This document shows, in pieces, positions 52,323-64,000 of a DNA stretch of 64,000 bases. The position numbers and the translations under genes were made by a program. Each line of letters begins with the position of its first letter. Position 1 is the stretch's first letter. The DNA lies in assembly GCA_902519465.1 (NCBI GenBank), contig CABYJW010000003.1, positions 857 through 64,856 on the forward strand, read 5' to 3'. The notes beneath the pieces were generated by a model that searched no databases, was not told the DNA's origin, and was given only the letters and a program-made list of their open reading frames with translations. The stretch comes from an uncultured Pelagibacteraceae bacterium. GTDB taxonomy: Bacteria > Pseudomonadota > Alphaproteobacteria > Pelagibacterales > Pelagibacteraceae.

Positions 52323-53129
52323 ATGTTTAAATTATTTAAAAAAATCGAATTTACCCAACAATCTAATAGAATGAAAACTCATGCTAATACAAAAATAGCT
52401 AGGGAATTTTATAATTCAACAAAATCAGGTAATTTAAAATTTTTACTAAATCAAAGATTCAATTGGATGAACAAATTTATAAGTACAAATGATATTGGAA
52501 TTGAAGTTGGATCAGGAGCAGGTTTTTTGAAAGATTTTATTAAAAATAAAAATTTAAAGTTAACAGATATGAGTAATGATAATCATCTTGATTATAAAAA
52601 TATAGATGCACAAAAAACAAACTTTAAAGATGAAGGTTTTGACTTTGTAATTTCATCCAATATGATTCATCATTTGCCTTACCCGATAAAATTTTTTAAC
52701 GAGATGAATAGAATCTTAAAGAAAAATGGAAAGCTAATTATTTTCGAAGCTTATTGTTCAGTATCTTTTCAATTAGCTACATTGCTTATGAAACATGAAG
52801 GTTTTGATTTTACAGTAAATGTTTGGGATGAAAAAAACCCAAAAAGTGATGAAAAAAATCTTTGGGCAGGAAATATAGCTATACCAAATTTAATTTTTGA
52901 CGATAAAAAAAAATTCAATGAAAAATTAGGAAATTTATTTACCATAGAATATGAAAAATTTGTCGAATGCTTAATTTTCTTAAATTCTGGGGGTGTAACA
53001 TCCAAAACTTTTAATATTCCAATGAACAATTTTTTTCTAAATATATTGAATTTAATAGACAAATTATTAGTTAAAATATCAAAAAATATTTTTTGTATGG
53101 GTCGAAGAATTGTTTTAATTAAAAAATAA
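52323..53129 (+). CDS. class I SAM-dependent methyltransferase
   Basis: 268 aa with motif I IEVGSGAGF, FDFVISSNMIHHL and LKKNGKLIIFE. Confidence 0.7.
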   Translation: MFKLFKKIEFTQQSNRMKTHANTKIAREFYNSTKSGNLKFLLNQRFNWMNKFISTNDIGIEVGSGAGFLKDFIKNKNLKLTDMSNDNHLDYKNIDAQKTNFKDEGFDFVISSNMIHHLPYPIKFFNEMNRILKKNGKLIIFEAYCSVSFQLATLLMKHEGFDFTVNVWDEKNPKSDEKNLWAGNIAIPNLIFDDKKKFNEKLGNLFTIEYEKFVECLIFLNSGGVTSKTFNIPMNNFFLNILNLIDKLLVKISKNIFCMGRRIVLIKK

Positions 53130-53131
53130 TT

Positions 53132-54088
53132 TTATAATTTTGGGTCAATTTTTTTAGCTAAATTAAATAATTCATCAACTGCTTTAACAGATTTTTTGAA
53201 GTTATCTATTTCTTGATCATTTAATTCTAGTTCCAATATTTTTTCCACCCCGTTTTTACCAATTACAACTGGAACACCAACATATAGCCCTTTAACATTA
53301 TATTCTCCATTTAGATGTGCTGCACATGGTAATGTTTTTTTTAAATCTTTAATATACGACTCGGCCATATCAACTCCTGAGGCAGCTGGGGCATAAAATG
53401 CCGATCCTTTTTCCAATAATTTAACTATTTCTGCTCCACCTTTTCTAGTTCTGTCTATTATGGAGTCCAATTTTTCTTGTGATATTTTTTTGTCTTTAAC
53501 ATATTGTGTTAAAGATTTTCCATCAATAATAGTATGGTTGAGTGATGGCACCATTGTATCTCCATGACCACCTAGTACTAGAGAATTAATTTTATTTATT
53601 GAAATTTTCAATTCTTGTGAAAGAAAATATTTAAATCTAGATGTGTCTAATATTCCAGCCATACCAACTATCATAGATGTTGGTAAATTCGAGTATTTCT
53701 GAAGTGCCATAACAATTACGTCAAGCGGATTGGTTATACAAATAATAAAAGAATTAGGAGAATTTTTTTTTATTCCTTCTGCTACTTGTTTAATAATTTT
53801 AAGATTAATTTCTAATAGGTCATCTCTGTTCATACCTGGTTTTCTGGGGACCCCAGCCGTAATAATAATTACATCGGAGTTTTTAATATCCTCATAATTA
53901 TTTGTACCAATTATGCTTGAATTGAAACCGCTTACCCCTGATGACTGTGCTATATCTAAAGCTTTTCCTTTTGCAAGTCCTTCTGCAACATCAAATAAAA
54001 CAACATCAGCTAATTCTTTTAAAGCAATTAGATGGGCTAATGTTCCACCAATTTGACCTGCTCCTATTAAAGAAATTTTTTTTCTCAT
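53132..54088 (-). CDS. mdh: malate dehydrogenase (LDH-like type)
   Basis: 318 aa with [19 protein letters not shown] and GGHGDTMVP. Confidence 0.93.
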   Translation of the reverse strand: MRKKISLIGAGQIGGTLAHLIALKELADVVLFDVAEGLAKGKALDIAQSSGVSGFNSSIIGTNNYEDIKNSDVIIITAGVPRKPGMNRDDLLEINLKIIKQVAEGIKKNSPNSFIICITNPLDVIVMALQKYSNLPTSMIVGMAGILDTSRFKYFLSQELKISINKINSLVLGGHGDTMVPSLNHTIIDGKSLTQYVKDKKISQEKLDSIIDRTRKGGAEIVKLLEKGSAFYAPAASGVDMAESYIKDLKKTLPCAAHLNGEYNVKGLYVGVPVVIGKNGVEKILELELNDQEIDNFKKSVKAVDELFNLAKKIDPKL

Positions 54089-54090
54089 CT

Positions 54091-55584
54091 TTATTTCATT
54101 GTTGGCATTGTAAATTCTGGATCAGACTTTATGCCTGATGGCCACCTAGAAGTTATAGTTTTTAATTTAGTATAAAATCTAACACCTTCAGGCCCATGCA
54201 TGTGTTGATCACCAAAGAGAGATCTTTTCCATCCTCCAAAGCTATGAAATGCCATTGGTACAGGTATGGGGATATTTATTCCAACCATTCCAATTTGAAC
54301 ATTGCTGGCAAATGATCGTCCTGTATCACCATCTCTAGTAAATATACTCACACCATTTCCAAATTCGTGATCATTCACTAACATTAAAGCTTCTTCATAA
54401 TTTTTAGCTCTAACAACTGATAAAACTGGTCCGAATATTTCCTCTTTATAAATACGCATATTCTTTGTAACTTGATCAAATAAACATCCGCCCATATAAA
54501 AACCTTTTTCATATCCTTGTAATTTTAGATTTCTACCATCTACTACCAGTTTAGCCCCTTCTTTAACTCCTATATCTACGTAACCTTTAACTTTTTCTAG
54601 ATGGGCTTTGGTAACTAATGGTCCCATTTCAGATTTTTTATCTAATCCAGGTCCAACTTTAAGTGCTTCAACTTTTTTAGATAAGTTTTTGACTAATGGG
54701 TCTGCAATTTTTCCAACAGCGACAGCAACTGACTGTGCCATGCATCTTTCTCCTGCTGAGCCATACGCAGCTCCCATTAAACCGTTTACTGCTTGATCTA
54801 GATCAGCATCTGGCATTACAACACAATGGTTTTTAGCACCTCCAAGTGCTTGAACTCTTTTTTCATTTTTTGCACAGTTTTCATAAATATATTTTGCTAT
54901 TGGAGTAGATCCCACAAAACTTACTGCTGAAATATCTTTATTATTTATTATTGCATCTACTGCTTCTTTGTCCCCATTGACTACATTAAAAACTCCTTTG
55001 GGTAATCCTGCTTCCATAAATAATTCTGCTAATCTCATTGAGCACGATGGATCTTTTTCGGAAGGTTTTAAAATAAATGTATTTCCGCATGCAATTGAAA
55101 TAGGGAACATCCACATTGGAACCATAGCTGGAAAGTTAAAAGGTGTAATACCTGCACATATACCAAGAGGTTGTCGAGTTGACCAACTATCTACATTTGT
55201 TCCAACATTTTCTGTAAATTCTCCTTTTAAAAGTTGGGGGATACCACAAGCAAATTCAACGACCTCTAAACCTCTAATTAAAGATCCTTTTGCATCTTCA
55301 TAAACTTTTCCATGCTCCAAAACTATTAGTTTTGTTAATTCATCTGAATTTTTTTCGATTAATTCTTTAAATTTAAAAAGTATTCTTGCTCTAGATAAAG
55401 GTGTCTTTTGTGACCAAGTTACAAATGCTTTTTTTGCTGCATCAACAGCAATATTAACATCATTAGTTGTTGCAAGATTTACTTCTGAATTTTGATCACC
55501 TGTAGCAGGGTTAAAAACTTTACCTTTTCTTTTTGAGTTTCCGTCAAACAGTTGGCCATTAACAAAATGCTTTATTACGTTCAT
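54091..55584 (-). CDS. mmsA: CoA-acylating methylmalonate/malonate-semialdehyde dehydrogenase
   Basis: 497 aa, aldehyde dehydrogenase fold with the MMSDH-type active site AGERCMA. Confidence 0.88.
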   Translation of the reverse strand: MNVIKHFVNGQLFDGNSKRKGKVFNPATGDQNSEVNLATTNDVNIAVDAAKKAFVTWSQKTPLSRARILFKFKELIEKNSDELTKLIVLEHGKVYEDAKGSLIRGLEVVEFACGIPQLLKGEFTENVGTNVDSWSTRQPLGICAGITPFNFPAMVPMWMFPISIACGNTFILKPSEKDPSCSMRLAELFMEAGLPKGVFNVVNGDKEAVDAIINNKDISAVSFVGSTPIAKYIYENCAKNEKRVQALGGAKNHCVVMPDADLDQAVNGLMGAAYGSAGERCMAQSVAVAVGKIADPLVKNLSKKVEALKVGPGLDKKSEMGPLVTKAHLEKVKGYVDIGVKEGAKLVVDGRNLKLQGYEKGFYMGGCLFDQVTKNMRIYKEEIFGPVLSVVRAKNYEEALMLVNDHEFGNGVSIFTRDGDTGRSFASNVQIGMVGINIPIPVPMAFHSFGGWKRSLFGDQHMHGPEGVRFYTKLKTITSRWPSGIKSDPEFTMPTMK

Positions 55585-55607
55585 TGCAATAATGCTTAAT
55601 TAAGGTT

Positions 55608-56384
55608 TTAACTTGTTGCAAGCATTTTTTTTATAGATGCTATTGCTTTGGCTGGGTTTAAACCTTTGGGACATGAATTAGTACAATTCATTATTGTATG
55701 GCACCTATATAATTTTAACTCATCTGCAACTTTTTTAAGTCTAGCTTTTCTTTCTTCATCCCTGCTATCTGTAATCCATCTATAAGCTTGTAATAAAACA
55801 GCTGGTCCTAAATATTTGTCACCATTCCACCAATAACTTGGACATGAAGTCGAACAACAAGCACAAAGTATGCATTCATAGTAGCCGTCTAATTTTGCTC
55901 TATCTTCTTGCGACTGTTGAATTTCAACTGATGTTTTTTCCCCAGCTGTTGTTTTAAGCCATGGTTCGACAGACTCATATTGTTTATATAAAGTACTTAG
56001 ATCACCAACTAGATCCTTAACTACCTTTAAGTGAGGTAAAGGGTAAATATTTAAATCTCCTTTAATATCAGAATGAGATTTTATACAAGATAAAGTATTA
56101 ACTCCATCAACATTCATTGCACAAGAACCGCAAACACCATGAGCACAAGACCTTCTAAAGGTCAAGCTAGGATCTATTTCATTTTTAATTTTGAAAAGTA
56201 TATCTAGAACTTTTGGTCCACATTCTTTAATATTTATTTCGAAGGTATCAATTCTTGGATTTTCCTTGCTAGATGGGCTCCATCTATAAACATTAACTTT
56301 TTTGATATTTGATGATCCTGATTTGTCTTTATAATATTTGCCTTTTAAAATTTTTGAATTTTGAGGAAGGCTAAATTGAACCAT
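55608..56384 (-). CDS. sdhB: succinate dehydrogenase iron-sulfur subunit
   Basis: 258 aa with [24 protein letters not shown] and [13 protein letters not shown] clusters. Confidence 0.95.
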   Translation of the reverse strand: MVQFSLPQNSKILKGKYYKDKSGSSNIKKVNVYRWSPSSKENPRIDTFEINIKECGPKVLDILFKIKNEIDPSLTFRRSCAHGVCGSCAMNVDGVNTLSCIKSHSDIKGDLNIYPLPHLKVVKDLVGDLSTLYKQYESVEPWLKTTAGEKTSVEIQQSQEDRAKLDGYYECILCACCSTSCPSYWWNGDKYLGPAVLLQAYRWITDSRDEERKARLKKVADELKLYRCHTIMNCTNSCPKGLNPAKAIASIKKMLATS

Positions 56385-58159
56385 TAATAAACTCTTTCTC
56401 TTGGTGGAAAATATTGTACATCATTTGTTAAAGTTTTTGAATGCACTGGTCTATAATCTACTTTTACATTATTTCCCTGTTGCCAGGCTAAAGTATGGGT
56501 CATATATTTTTTGTCATCTCTTTTTTTATAATCTTCTCTTGCATGAGCTCCTCTGCTCTCTTTTCTATGATAAGCTGAGTCTATTGTGGTCATTGCTTGC
56601 CTTATTAAGTTATCAAACTCCAAAGTCTCAACTAGATCTGTATTGAATAACAATGATTTATCTGTAACTGAAATATCTTCCATGCCCTCGAAAGGTTTTC
56701 TTATTTGATCCATTCCCTCTTTTAAAGTTTTTTCTGTTCTAAAAACAGCGCATTTAGATTGCATAGTTTTCTGCATAGCTAATCTTAGCTCAGATGTTTT
56801 TGTAGAGCCATTTGAATTACGAAGCTTATCAAAACGATCTAGACACTTATCTGTTTCACTTTGTGATAACTCCTCATGAGGAGTTCCGGGCTTTACGAGC
56901 TCAGCAGCTCTATTTGCGGCAGATTTTCCAAAAACTACTAGATCGATTAAAGAGTTTGATCCTAATCTATTTGCACCATGAACTGACACACACGCTGCCT
57001 CTCCTATCGCCATCAACCCAGGGACTGTGGACTCTTTGCCATTTAATGTCAAAACTTCTGCTTTGTAATTTGTTGGTATTCCTCCCATATTATAATGTAC
57101 TGTTGGAACTACTGGAATTGGATCTTTTCTTACGTCAACCTCGCAAAAAGTTTTGGCAGACTCTGCTATTCCAGGTAATCTTTCTTCAATAACTTTTGGG
57201 TCTAAATGATCTAGATGAAGATTCACATAGTCTTTATTTTTTCCTACCCCTCTACCTTCGTTGATCTCAACTGCTATTGATCTACTAACTACGTCCCTCG
57301 AGGCTAAATCTTTTGCCTTTGGAGCATACTTCTCCATGAACCTTTCTCCTTTTGAATTTAAAAGAAAGCCACCTTCACCTCTAACACCTTCAGATATCAA
57401 TGTTCCAACTCCGTAAATCCCTGTAGGATGAAATTGAACAAACTCCATATCTTGTAATGGGAGACCTGCTCTTAAAGCCATAGCATTTCCGTCACCAGTA
57501 CAAGTATGAGCAGATGTTGCGGTATAATAAACTTTACCGTACCCACCAGTTGCGAGAATAGTTATGTGTGATCTAAATCTGTGAATAGTTCCATCATTCA
57601 AATTCCAAGCTATTAATCCTTTGCACTCTCCGTTTTTCATTAAAAGATCTAATGCGAAATACTCTATAAAAAATTCAGTATTATGTTTTAAAGCTTGTCC
57701 ATATAAAGTATGTAAAATCGCATGTCCCGTTCTATCAGCAGCAGCACATGTTCTTTGTACTGAGTCATTTCCATAATTTTTGGTCATACCTCCAAAAGCA
57801 CGTTGATAAATTTTTCCTTCCTTTGTTCTACTAAACGGTACACCATATTTTTCTAATTCGATAACAGCTTTGGGTGCCTCTTTACAAAGGTGTTCGATTG
57901 CATCTTGATCCCCTAGCCAATCAGATCCTTTGACTGTATCGTACATGTGCCATCTCCAATCATCTTCTCCCATATTTCCTAGGGCAGCAGATATACCTCC
58001 TTGCGCTGCTGAAGTATGACTTCTTGTTGGAAACACTTTTGATATACATGCAGTTTTTAAACCTGCCTCTGAAAGTCCAACAGCAGCTCTTAAACCTGAT
58101 CCTCCGGCTCCGAGAACTACAACGTCGTATTCATGATCTATAATTTTGTATTTGCTCAT
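56384..58159 (-). CDS. sdhA: succinate dehydrogenase flavoprotein subunit
   Basis: 591 aa with [23 protein letters not shown] (FAD His) and HGANRLG. Confidence 0.96.
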   Translation of the reverse strand: MSKYKIIDHEYDVVVLGAGGSGLRAAVGLSEAGLKTACISKVFPTRSHTSAAQGGISAALGNMGEDDWRWHMYDTVKGSDWLGDQDAIEHLCKEAPKAVIELEKYGVPFSRTKEGKIYQRAFGGMTKNYGNDSVQRTCAAADRTGHAILHTLYGQALKHNTEFFIEYFALDLLMKNGECKGLIAWNLNDGTIHRFRSHITILATGGYGKVYYTATSAHTCTGDGNAMALRAGLPLQDMEFVQFHPTGIYGVGTLISEGVRGEGGFLLNSKGERFMEKYAPKAKDLASRDVVSRSIAVEINEGRGVGKNKDYVNLHLDHLDPKVIEERLPGIAESAKTFCEVDVRKDPIPVVPTVHYNMGGIPTNYKAEVLTLNGKESTVPGLMAIGEAACVSVHGANRLGSNSLIDLVVFGKSAANRAAELVKPGTPHEELSQSETDKCLDRFDKLRNSNGSTKTSELRLAMQKTMQSKCAVFRTEKTLKEGMDQIRKPFEGMEDISVTDKSLLFNTDLVETLEFDNLIRQAMTTIDSAYHRKESRGAHAREDYKKRDDKKYMTHTLAWQQGNNVKVDYRPVHSKTLTNDVQYFPPRERVY

Positions 58160-58164
58160 AAAAA

Positions 58165-58488
58165 TTAAATCTTAATTAAAAAAAATAATAATATTAATGT
58201 GATTATTATACTAAATAAAACAAGTAATCTATTTGCGGCATTTTTGAGTTTTAAGTTGTTAATATAGTCTTCAAAAACCTCACTTATTGTAAGTGTGTAA
58301 AAAGTAAAGGCTAATATTATGAATATAGACATCAGAATTTTAGTTGAAGTGCTTGAAGCAAAATCCATTAATTGAGAATTATTAGCATCAAATACAGGCA
58401 CAAGGTTTATTATAAACCAGGCCATAAAAGGAATTAGTAACCCTGAGGAAATTTTAATTGTTAACCATTTACGAGTTGCTTTGATCAT
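58165..58488 (-). CDS. sdhD: succinate dehydrogenase membrane anchor subunit
   Basis: 107 aa with 3 hydrophobic helices, positioned between sdhC and sdhA. Confidence 0.7.
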   Translation of the reverse strand: MIKATRKWLTIKISSGLLIPFMAWFIINLVPVFDANNSQLMDFASSTSTKILMSIFIILAFTFYTLTISEVFEDYINNLKLKNAANRLLVLFSIIITLILLFFLIKI

Positions 58489-58489
58489 T

Positions 58490-58867
58490 TCAGATTATAT
58501 TCTTTCCAATTAAATAAAATAAAATTGCTAAAACAAAAGATCCAAAGATAGTTGCTATTCCTGTTATTCTAGATACTTTTAGATCAAATCCAAAACCCAT
58601 ATCCCATGCTAGATGTCTTATTTCATTTAAAATTTGAAAACTAAAAGACCAACATAATGAAATAATAATAAATTTTCCTATAAAAGTTTCAGAAATAATT
58701 TCAAAAAAATTTTTATTAGGACCAATCAGAATTAATAAAAATAGAATAATAATGATGCTTAAAAAATTTATAATACCGACTATTCTATGTGTAATAGAAA
58801 GTAAGGATGATATATGCCATCTATAAACCTGAAGATGAGGTGATAGAGGGTTGTTATTATTTTCCAT
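58490..58867 (-). CDS. sdhC: succinate dehydrogenase cytochrome b556 subunit
   Basis: 125 aa with LSPHLQVYRW and SITHRIVG motifs and 3 TM helices. Confidence 0.78.
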   Translation of the reverse strand: MENNNNPLSPHLQVYRWHISSLLSITHRIVGIINFLSIIIILFLLILIGPNKNFFEIISETFIGKFIIISLCWSFSFQILNEIRHLAWDMGFGFDLKVSRITGIATIFGSFVLAILFYLIGKNII

Positions 58868-59864
58868 AAAAATCTTTAATTAATCTTTCAGCAATTTGTA
58901 CTGTATTCAATGCAGCACCTTTAAGTAAATTGTCAGAAACGACCCACATATTTAGAGCGTTGTCTCTCGAGTTATCTTTTCTTATTCTAGAAATAAAGGT
59001 TAAGTTTTTATTTTCTGCCTCTACTGGTGTTGTATATCCACCGTTTTTCCTTTCATCAACAACTTTGCATCCATCTGCTTTATCTAAAATATCTCTAACC
59101 TTTTTAATGTCAAAAGACTTTTCAAATTCGACATTAAGCGACTCTGCGTGGGATACCATAACAGGAACTCTTACGCAGGTTGCTGTTAAATTTATTTTTG
59201 GATCAAGAATTTTTTTAGTTTCAGAAATCATCTTCCATTCTTCACGGGTATAGCCCTCCTCCTTAAATTCATCGATATGGGGTATTAAGTTAAAAGCTAT
59301 TTGTTTTGTAAAATTTTTAGAATTAATTTTTTTTTCTTCTAAATATTCTTTTGTTTGACTAATAAGTTCATCCATAGGGGCTTTTCCTGCACCAGATACG
59401 GATTGGTAAGTGGAGACTATAACTCTTTTTATATTAAAGTTTTCATGTAGTGGCTTTAGAGCAACTACCATTTGTATCGTTGAACAATTTGGATTGGCAA
59501 TAATATTTTTATTTTTAAACATTGATAATTTGTCTGAATTGACCTCAGGTACGATTAATGGAACATCTTTGTCCATTCTAAATACTTTAGAATTATCTAT
59601 AACAACAGTTTTTTTACTAGCTTTTGGAACCCATTCTTCTGCTATTTTTCCTCCAGCAGCAAAGAAAGTTATTTGTGCTTTAGAAAAATCATATGTTTTG
59701 AGACTTTCTATTTGTATTTCTTTGCCTTTAAATTTGATTTTTTTTCCTTCGCTCTTTTCCGAAGCGACTAAAAAAAGGGTTGAGATTTTAATTTTAGATT
59801 TTTCTAAAATTTCAATAGTTTTTCTTCCAACGTTGCCGGTGGCACCAATTATCGCAAAATTCAT
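58857..59864 (-). CDS. asd: aspartate-semialdehyde dehydrogenase
   Basis: 335 aa with IIGATGNVG and the active site NPNCSTIQM. Overlaps the sdhC start by 11 nt. Confidence 0.9.
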   Translation of the reverse strand: MNFAIIGATGNVGRKTIEILEKSKIKISTLFLVASEKSEGKKIKFKGKEIQIESLKTYDFSKAQITFFAAGGKIAEEWVPKASKKTVVIDNSKVFRMDKDVPLIVPEVNSDKLSMFKNKNIIANPNCSTIQMVVALKPLHENFNIKRVIVSTYQSVSGAGKAPMDELISQTKEYLEEKKINSKNFTKQIAFNLIPHIDEFKEEGYTREEWKMISETKKILDPKINLTATCVRVPVMVSHAESLNVEFEKSFDIKKVRDILDKADGCKVVDERKNGGYTTPVEAENKNLTFISRIRKDNSRDNALNMWVVSDNLLKGAALNTVQIAERLIKDFYGK

Positions 59865-59876
59865 TTTAGAGCTATT

Positions 59877-60980
59877 TTAATTTAAATTTGATATAATTGC
59901 ATCACCCATATCAGAGGTTGATACCTTTTTCTTTCCTTTTGACATTATATCAGGAGTTCTTAAACCGTCTTCTAAGGTCTTTTCAACAGCTTTGTCGAGA
60001 TGTGCAGATTCTTTTTCCAATCCTAATGAGTATTTTAAAGCCATTGAAAAACTTAGTATTGTTGCGATAGGATTTGAAATATTTTTTCCTTCAATGTCAG
60101 GGGCTGATCCATGCACTGGTTCGTATAGAGATCTAGTTCGTCCATTTTTATCCTTAACACCTAAAGATGCCGATGGTAGAAGACCAAGAGAACCTGTTAG
60201 CATAGCTGCTTCGTCAGATAACATATCTCCAAACAAATTGTCTGCAAGTATAACATCAAATTGTTTTGGGTTTCTTAAAAGCTGCATTGCACAGTTGTCA
60301 GCTAACATATGATTAAGATTAATTTTTTTATACTCGTTATCTTTTAAATTTTGAACTTCTTCTCTCCAAAGTACTCCGGCCTCCATAACATTAGATTTTT
60401 CACAAGAAGTAACTTTATTATTTCTTTTCGCAGCTAGTTCGAATGCCACTTTTGCAATTCTTTTTATTTCTTTGGTAGTATATACATGGGTATTAACTCC
60501 TCTTCTTTCCCCATTTTCAATAGGCTGGACTCCTCTTGGTTCTCCAAAATAAATTCCACCTGTAAGCTCCCTGACAATAAGTATGTCAAGGCCTGAAACA
60601 ATTTCTGGCTTTAAGCTTGAAGCATCTACCAATTGTTTAAAACAAATTGCTGGTCTCAAATTTGCGAATAATTTAAGTTCTTTTCTTAATTTTAATAAAG
60701 CTCTCTCAGGTTTTTTTGAAAATTCTAATTTGTCATATTTTGGACCACCACAAGCTCCAAATATTACTGCATCACTTTCTAGCGCTTTATAAAATACTTC
60801 ATCTGTTATTGGTACACCATGTTCATCAATAGCAGCTCCACCTATTAAACCTTGGTCAAGTTTGAAATCCAAAGATTTTTTTTTATTAAACCAGTCAATT
60901 ACTTTTTTAGTTTCACGAACAACTTCTGGTCCGATACCGTCACCCGGTAATAGTAATATTTTTCTTTGATTTGAAGGCAT
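59877..60980 (-). CDS. leuB: 3-isopropylmalate dehydrogenase
   Basis: 367 aa with [11 protein letters not shown] and [19 protein letters not shown]. Confidence 0.93.
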   Translation of the reverse strand: MPSNQRKILLLPGDGIGPEVVRETKKVIDWFNKKKSLDFKLDQGLIGGAAIDEHGVPITDEVFYKALESDAVIFGACGGPKYDKLEFSKKPERALLKLRKELKLFANLRPAICFKQLVDASSLKPEIVSGLDILIVRELTGGIYFGEPRGVQPIENGERRGVNTHVYTTKEIKRIAKVAFELAAKRNNKVTSCEKSNVMEAGVLWREEVQNLKDNEYKKINLNHMLADNCAMQLLRNPKQFDVILADNLFGDMLSDEAAMLTGSLGLLPSASLGVKDKNGRTRSLYEPVHGSAPDIEGKNISNPIATILSFSMALKYSLGLEKESAHLDKAVEKTLEDGLRTPDIMSKGKKKVSTSDMGDAIISNLN

Positions 60981-61580
60981 TTATAATATCCAGGGTTTAT
61001 CTTGGGTCATTTTGTTTTCAAAACTTTTGATGCTCTCAGCTTTATTAAGAGATAATGCAATATCATCTAAACCTTCTAGTAAACACTTTTTTTTAAATGG
61101 ATCTAATTCGAACTTAAAAGATTTATTTCCATATAGAATTTCTTGCTCTGTTAACCTAACTTCAATATTCTCTTTTCTGGAAGAATATTCTGACAATTCA
61201 TTTATAATATTTTGATTTGCAACTATTGGCAAAATACCATTTTTGAAACAATTATTGTAAAAAATATCAGCAAAACTTTCACTAATGATTACTCTAATAC
61301 CAAAATCTAGTAATGCCCACGGGGCATGCTCTCTCGAAGATCCGCATCCAAAATTTTTTCCTGTTATTAAGATTTTAGATTTATTGTAAGGATCATTATC
61401 TAAAATAAATCCTGAAATTGGTTTTCCTTTCTCATCAAATCTCATTTCATAGAATAAACTTTTACCTAAACCTGATCTTTTAATAGTTTTTAAAAATTGT
61501 TTAGGTATTATCTTGTCTGTATCAATATTCATTAACGAAATATAAGCAGGTATGCTTTTAACATTTTTAAATTTATCCAT
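60981..61580 (-). CDS. leuD: 3-isopropylmalate dehydratase small subunit
   Basis: NIDTDKIIPKQFLK and GKNFGCGSSREHAPWAL. I use the ATG at 61580 (MDKFKNV) rather than the ORF-track TTG at 61592. This leaves 1 nt after the leuC stop. Confidence 0.9.
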   Translation of the reverse strand: MDKFKNVKSIPAYISLMNIDTDKIIPKQFLKTIKRSGLGKSLFYEMRFDEKGKPISGFILDNDPYNKSKILITGKNFGCGSSREHAPWALLDFGIRVIISESFADIFYNNCFKNGILPIVANQNIINELSEYSSRKENIEVRLTEQEILYGNKSFKFELDPFKKKCLLEGLDDIALSLNKAESIKSFENKMTQDKPWIL

Positions 61581-61581
61581 T

Positions 61582-62985
61582 TTAATTACCAAATTTCCTT
61601 ACATCTGAAAGGCGGCCATCCAAAGCAGCGGCAGCTGCCATAGCTGGACTAACAAGATGAGTTCTTCCTCCTCTTCCTTGTCTACCTTCGAAATTTCTAT
61701 TTGATGTAGACGCACATCTTTCTTTTGGTTTTAACTGGTCTTCATTCATTCCTAAGCACATTGAGCAACCAGGCTCTCGCCATTCAAAACCTGAGTTTTT
61801 AAAAATTTTATCTAAACCTTCCTGCTCAGCTTGATTTTTAACTAAACCAGAACCTGGGACAACCATAGCATTAACATGTTTTGCAATTTTTTTATCTTTG
61901 AGCAACTTTGCAGCCTCCCTTAAATCTTGAATTCTACCATTCGTACAGCTTCCTATAAAAACTTTGTCAATTTTAATTTCTGTCATTTTTGTGTTTGGTT
62001 TTAGTCCCATGTAGTCTAAAGATCTTTCCATTGCGACTCTTCTATCTTGATTTTTTTCATTTTTTGGATCTGGAACAGAACCATTAACAGGGACTACGTC
62101 TTGAGGTGATGTTCCCCACGTAACTTGGGGTGCTACTTCCTCGCCTTTTATTATAACTTCCTTGTCAAAATTACATCCATCATCAGATTTTAGTCTGCTC
62201 CAATACTCTAAAGCTTTTGTCCATTTTTCATTTTTTGGTGACATTGGTCTGTTTTGTAAATAGTTAAATGTTTTTTCGTCAGGTTGAATTAATCCAGCCC
62301 TTGCTCCACCTTCGATTGTCATGTTGCAAATAGTCATTCTTTCTTCCATACTAAAATTTTTAATAACTTCTCCTGAGTATTCGATGACAAATCCTGTGCC
62401 GCCAGCGGTTCCTATTGTTCCTATAATTTTTAAAATTATGTCTTTGGCAGTGACCCCAATCGGTAATTTACCATCAACTTTAAGAAGAAGATTTTTAGAT
62501 TTTTTTTGGATTAACGTTTGTGTTGCAAGAACGTGTTCAACTTCTGAAGTTCCAATTCCAAAAGCAAGCGCACCAAATGCACCGTGAGTGGCTGTATGAC
62601 TATCTCCACAAACAATTACAGATCCAGGCTGAGTAAAGCCTTGTTCTGGACCAATGATATGGACGATACCTTGCCTTTTGTCATTCATGTCAAATAGTGG
62701 AACTCCAAATTCTTTACAATTATTTCTCAAAGTATCAACCTGTACTTTAGATTCTTCGTCATTAATTCCTTTGGATCTATCGGTAGTTGGTACATTATGA
62801 TCTGCGACTGCTAAAGTAAGTTTTGGTTGTCTAACTTTTCTTTTATTTAGTCTTAAGCCTTCAAAAGCTTGGGGGCTTGTTACTTCATGAATTAAGTGTC
62901 TATCTACATAAAGTAAAGATGTGCCATCTTCTTGTTGATGTACAAGATGATCTTCCCAAATTTTATCGTATAAAGTTTTTGGCAT
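61582..62985 (-). CDS. leuC: 3-isopropylmalate dehydratase large subunit
   Basis: 467 aa with VCGDSHT, GSCTNGR and an aconitase-family fold. Confidence 0.95.
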   Translation of the reverse strand: MPKTLYDKIWEDHLVHQQEDGTSLLYVDRHLIHEVTSPQAFEGLRLNKRKVRQPKLTLAVADHNVPTTDRSKGINDEESKVQVDTLRNNCKEFGVPLFDMNDKRQGIVHIIGPEQGFTQPGSVIVCGDSHTATHGAFGALAFGIGTSEVEHVLATQTLIQKKSKNLLLKVDGKLPIGVTAKDIILKIIGTIGTAGGTGFVIEYSGEVIKNFSMEERMTICNMTIEGGARAGLIQPDEKTFNYLQNRPMSPKNEKWTKALEYWSRLKSDDGCNFDKEVIIKGEEVAPQVTWGTSPQDVVPVNGSVPDPKNEKNQDRRVAMERSLDYMGLKPNTKMTEIKIDKVFIGSCTNGRIQDLREAAKLLKDKKIAKHVNAMVVPGSGLVKNQAEQEGLDKIFKNSGFEWREPGCSMCLGMNEDQLKPKERCASTSNRNFEGRQGRGGRTHLVSPAMAAAAALDGRLSDVRKFGN

Positions 62986-62992
62986 TAATATA

Positions 62993-63505
62993 TTACTTAG
63001 TTTTATCTGATTTTTTTATTTCTTTTTTTTCTTCAACTTTTGGTTCGGGAGAATTTTTTGTTAATTCAACTTTTTTTTCCATAGTAATTTCTGTTGCTGG
63101 ATCCTCATTTGTGGAGGCTTTAACATCAACTTCTATTCCAATATTTTTTTTAATTTTTTCAGCAATTCTCGCAGATTTTCCTTTTCTATCTCTTAAATAG
63201 TAAAGTTTTGCTCTTCTTACTTTACCAGATCGAATGACTTTAATTGATCCAATAACCGGGCTGTATAATGCGAAAGTCCTTTCAACTCCTTCTCCAAAAG
63301 AAATTTTTCTAACTTTAAATGAAGAGTTAATATCTCTATTTTTTTTAGCTATACAAACGCCCTCAAAATTTTGGATTCTCTCTCTTTTTCCTTCTACAAT
63401 TCTCACACCAACACGAATTGTGTCCCCAGGAAAAAATTCAGGTATTTTTCTCTTCTGAATTATTTTTTGAACGTTTTCTTTATTTATTTCTTCTATATTT
63501 TTCAT
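62993..63505 (-). CDS. rplS: 50S ribosomal protein L19 with K/E-rich C-terminal extension
   Basis: L19 core [29 protein letters not shown]. The ATG at 63505 forms an ATGA overlap with the trmD stop, whereas the ORF-track start at 63535 is a GTG inside trmD. Confidence 0.88.
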   Translation of the reverse strand: MKNIEEINKENVQKIIQKRKIPEFFPGDTIRVGVRIVEGKRERIQNFEGVCIAKKNRDINSSFKVRKISFGEGVERTFALYSPVIGSIKVIRSGKVRRAKLYYLRDRKGKSARIAEKIKKNIGIEVDVKASTNEDPATEITMEKKVELTKNSPEPKVEEKKEIKKSDKTK

Positions 63506-64000
63506 TTTTTTTCTTTTTCTAAAAATTTTTTCCACATATCTGGTCTTTGGCGTCGTGTTATATCCTTTGATTGTGATAAACGCCAGTCTTTAATTTTAGA
63601 ATGATTACCAGATAAAAGCACATCAGGAACGCTTTTTTTTTCCCATATTTGTGGTTTTGTATATTGAGGGTACTCTAATAAATCGTGTTCAAAACTTTCA
63701 TCATCTTTTGAGTTATTATTTCCAAGCACCTCCGGTAATAATCTTAAAACTGTATCAATCACCACAAACGATGCTGACTCACCTCCTGATAAAATATAAT
63801 CTCCAATACTTAGCTGTTCAATGTTTCTTGTGCTTAGTATTCGTTCATCTACTCCTTCAAAATGTCCACATATTAAATTTATCACTTTTTCCTTAGAAAA
63901 TTCTTTCGCTTTCTTTTGATTAAAGTTTTTTCCTTTAGGTGTTAGATAAAATATTTTTTCACTTTTTTTTACATTTGCATCAATAGATTTTCCTAATACA
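63502..64000 (-). CDS. trmD: tRNA (guanine37-N1)-methyltransferase, N-terminus outside window
   Basis: [36 protein letters not shown] and [16 protein letters not shown]. The frame stays open to the window edge (hand-checked). Confidence 0.88.
   Translation of the reverse strand, partial: VLGKSIDANVKKSEKIFYLTPKGKNFNQKKAKEFSKEKVINLICGHFEGVDERILSTRNIEQLSIGDYILSGGESASFVVIDTVLRLLPEVLGNNNSKDDESFEHDLLEYPQYTKPQIWEKKSVPDVLLSGNHSKIKDWRLSQSKDITRRQRPDMWKKFLEKEKK

Noticed and set aside
63506-63535. ORF-track N-terminal extension of rplS (GTG start inside trmD), and likewise the TTG start of leuD at 61592
   Set aside because: ATG codons at 63505 and 61580 match the family N-termini and give the ATGA / stop-1nt-start junctions typical of this window.

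Overview
AT-rich, extremely gene-dense alphaproteobacterial chromosome segment. Most spacers are 0-30 nt and there are many ATGA/TAATG start-stop overlaps. Gene content and style look like core genome of a streamlined SAR11/Pelagibacterales-type organism; this taxonomic call is an inference from composition and synteny, since no search was possible. About 60 protein genes and one tRNA are supported. They include thiolase; an AceE/AceF pyruvate dehydrogenase; a TAXI-type TRAP transporter; a Suv3-like helicase-TerB-fdxA-carD block; acyl-CoA synthetase; tRNA-Leu(CAA); yqaA-dsbB-coq7; argH-lysA-plsC; tyrC-hisC; metXW-gloB; and a long rplU-rpmA-obg-proBA-nadD-rsfS-ctpA-rppH operon. A roughly 28-kb almost uninterrupted minus-strand array follows: trmD-rplS-leuCDB-asd-sdhCDAB-mmsA-mdh / sucCDAB-lpdA-priA-atpHAGDC. 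I saw no rRNA, CRISPR, IS element, prophage or recognisable multi-gene defence system. The window is mostly ordinary core metabolism, so the findings are small-scale. (1) The only large non-coding gap (330 nt) holds a complete stand-alone micro-gene (promoter, strong SD, 22 codons, bidirectional terminator) for an 18/22 Lys/Arg peptide. (2) A lipoyl domain is fused to the N-terminus of the AceE-type E1. (3) The metX leader looks like a SAM-II/V-type riboswitch with terminator/antiterminator logic behind a near-consensus promoter. (4) A very AT-rich two-gene envelope-type insertion (GT-C-like membrane protein plus SAM methyltransferase) splits mdh from sucCDAB. (5) A tRNA ends 4 nt before an mRNA start codon. 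(6) Two small ORFs missing from the ORF track (a 46-aa membrane protein and a 40-aa LptM-like lipoprotein) are wedged in by overlapping start/stop codons. All family assignments come from motif recognition by eye and none from database searches.
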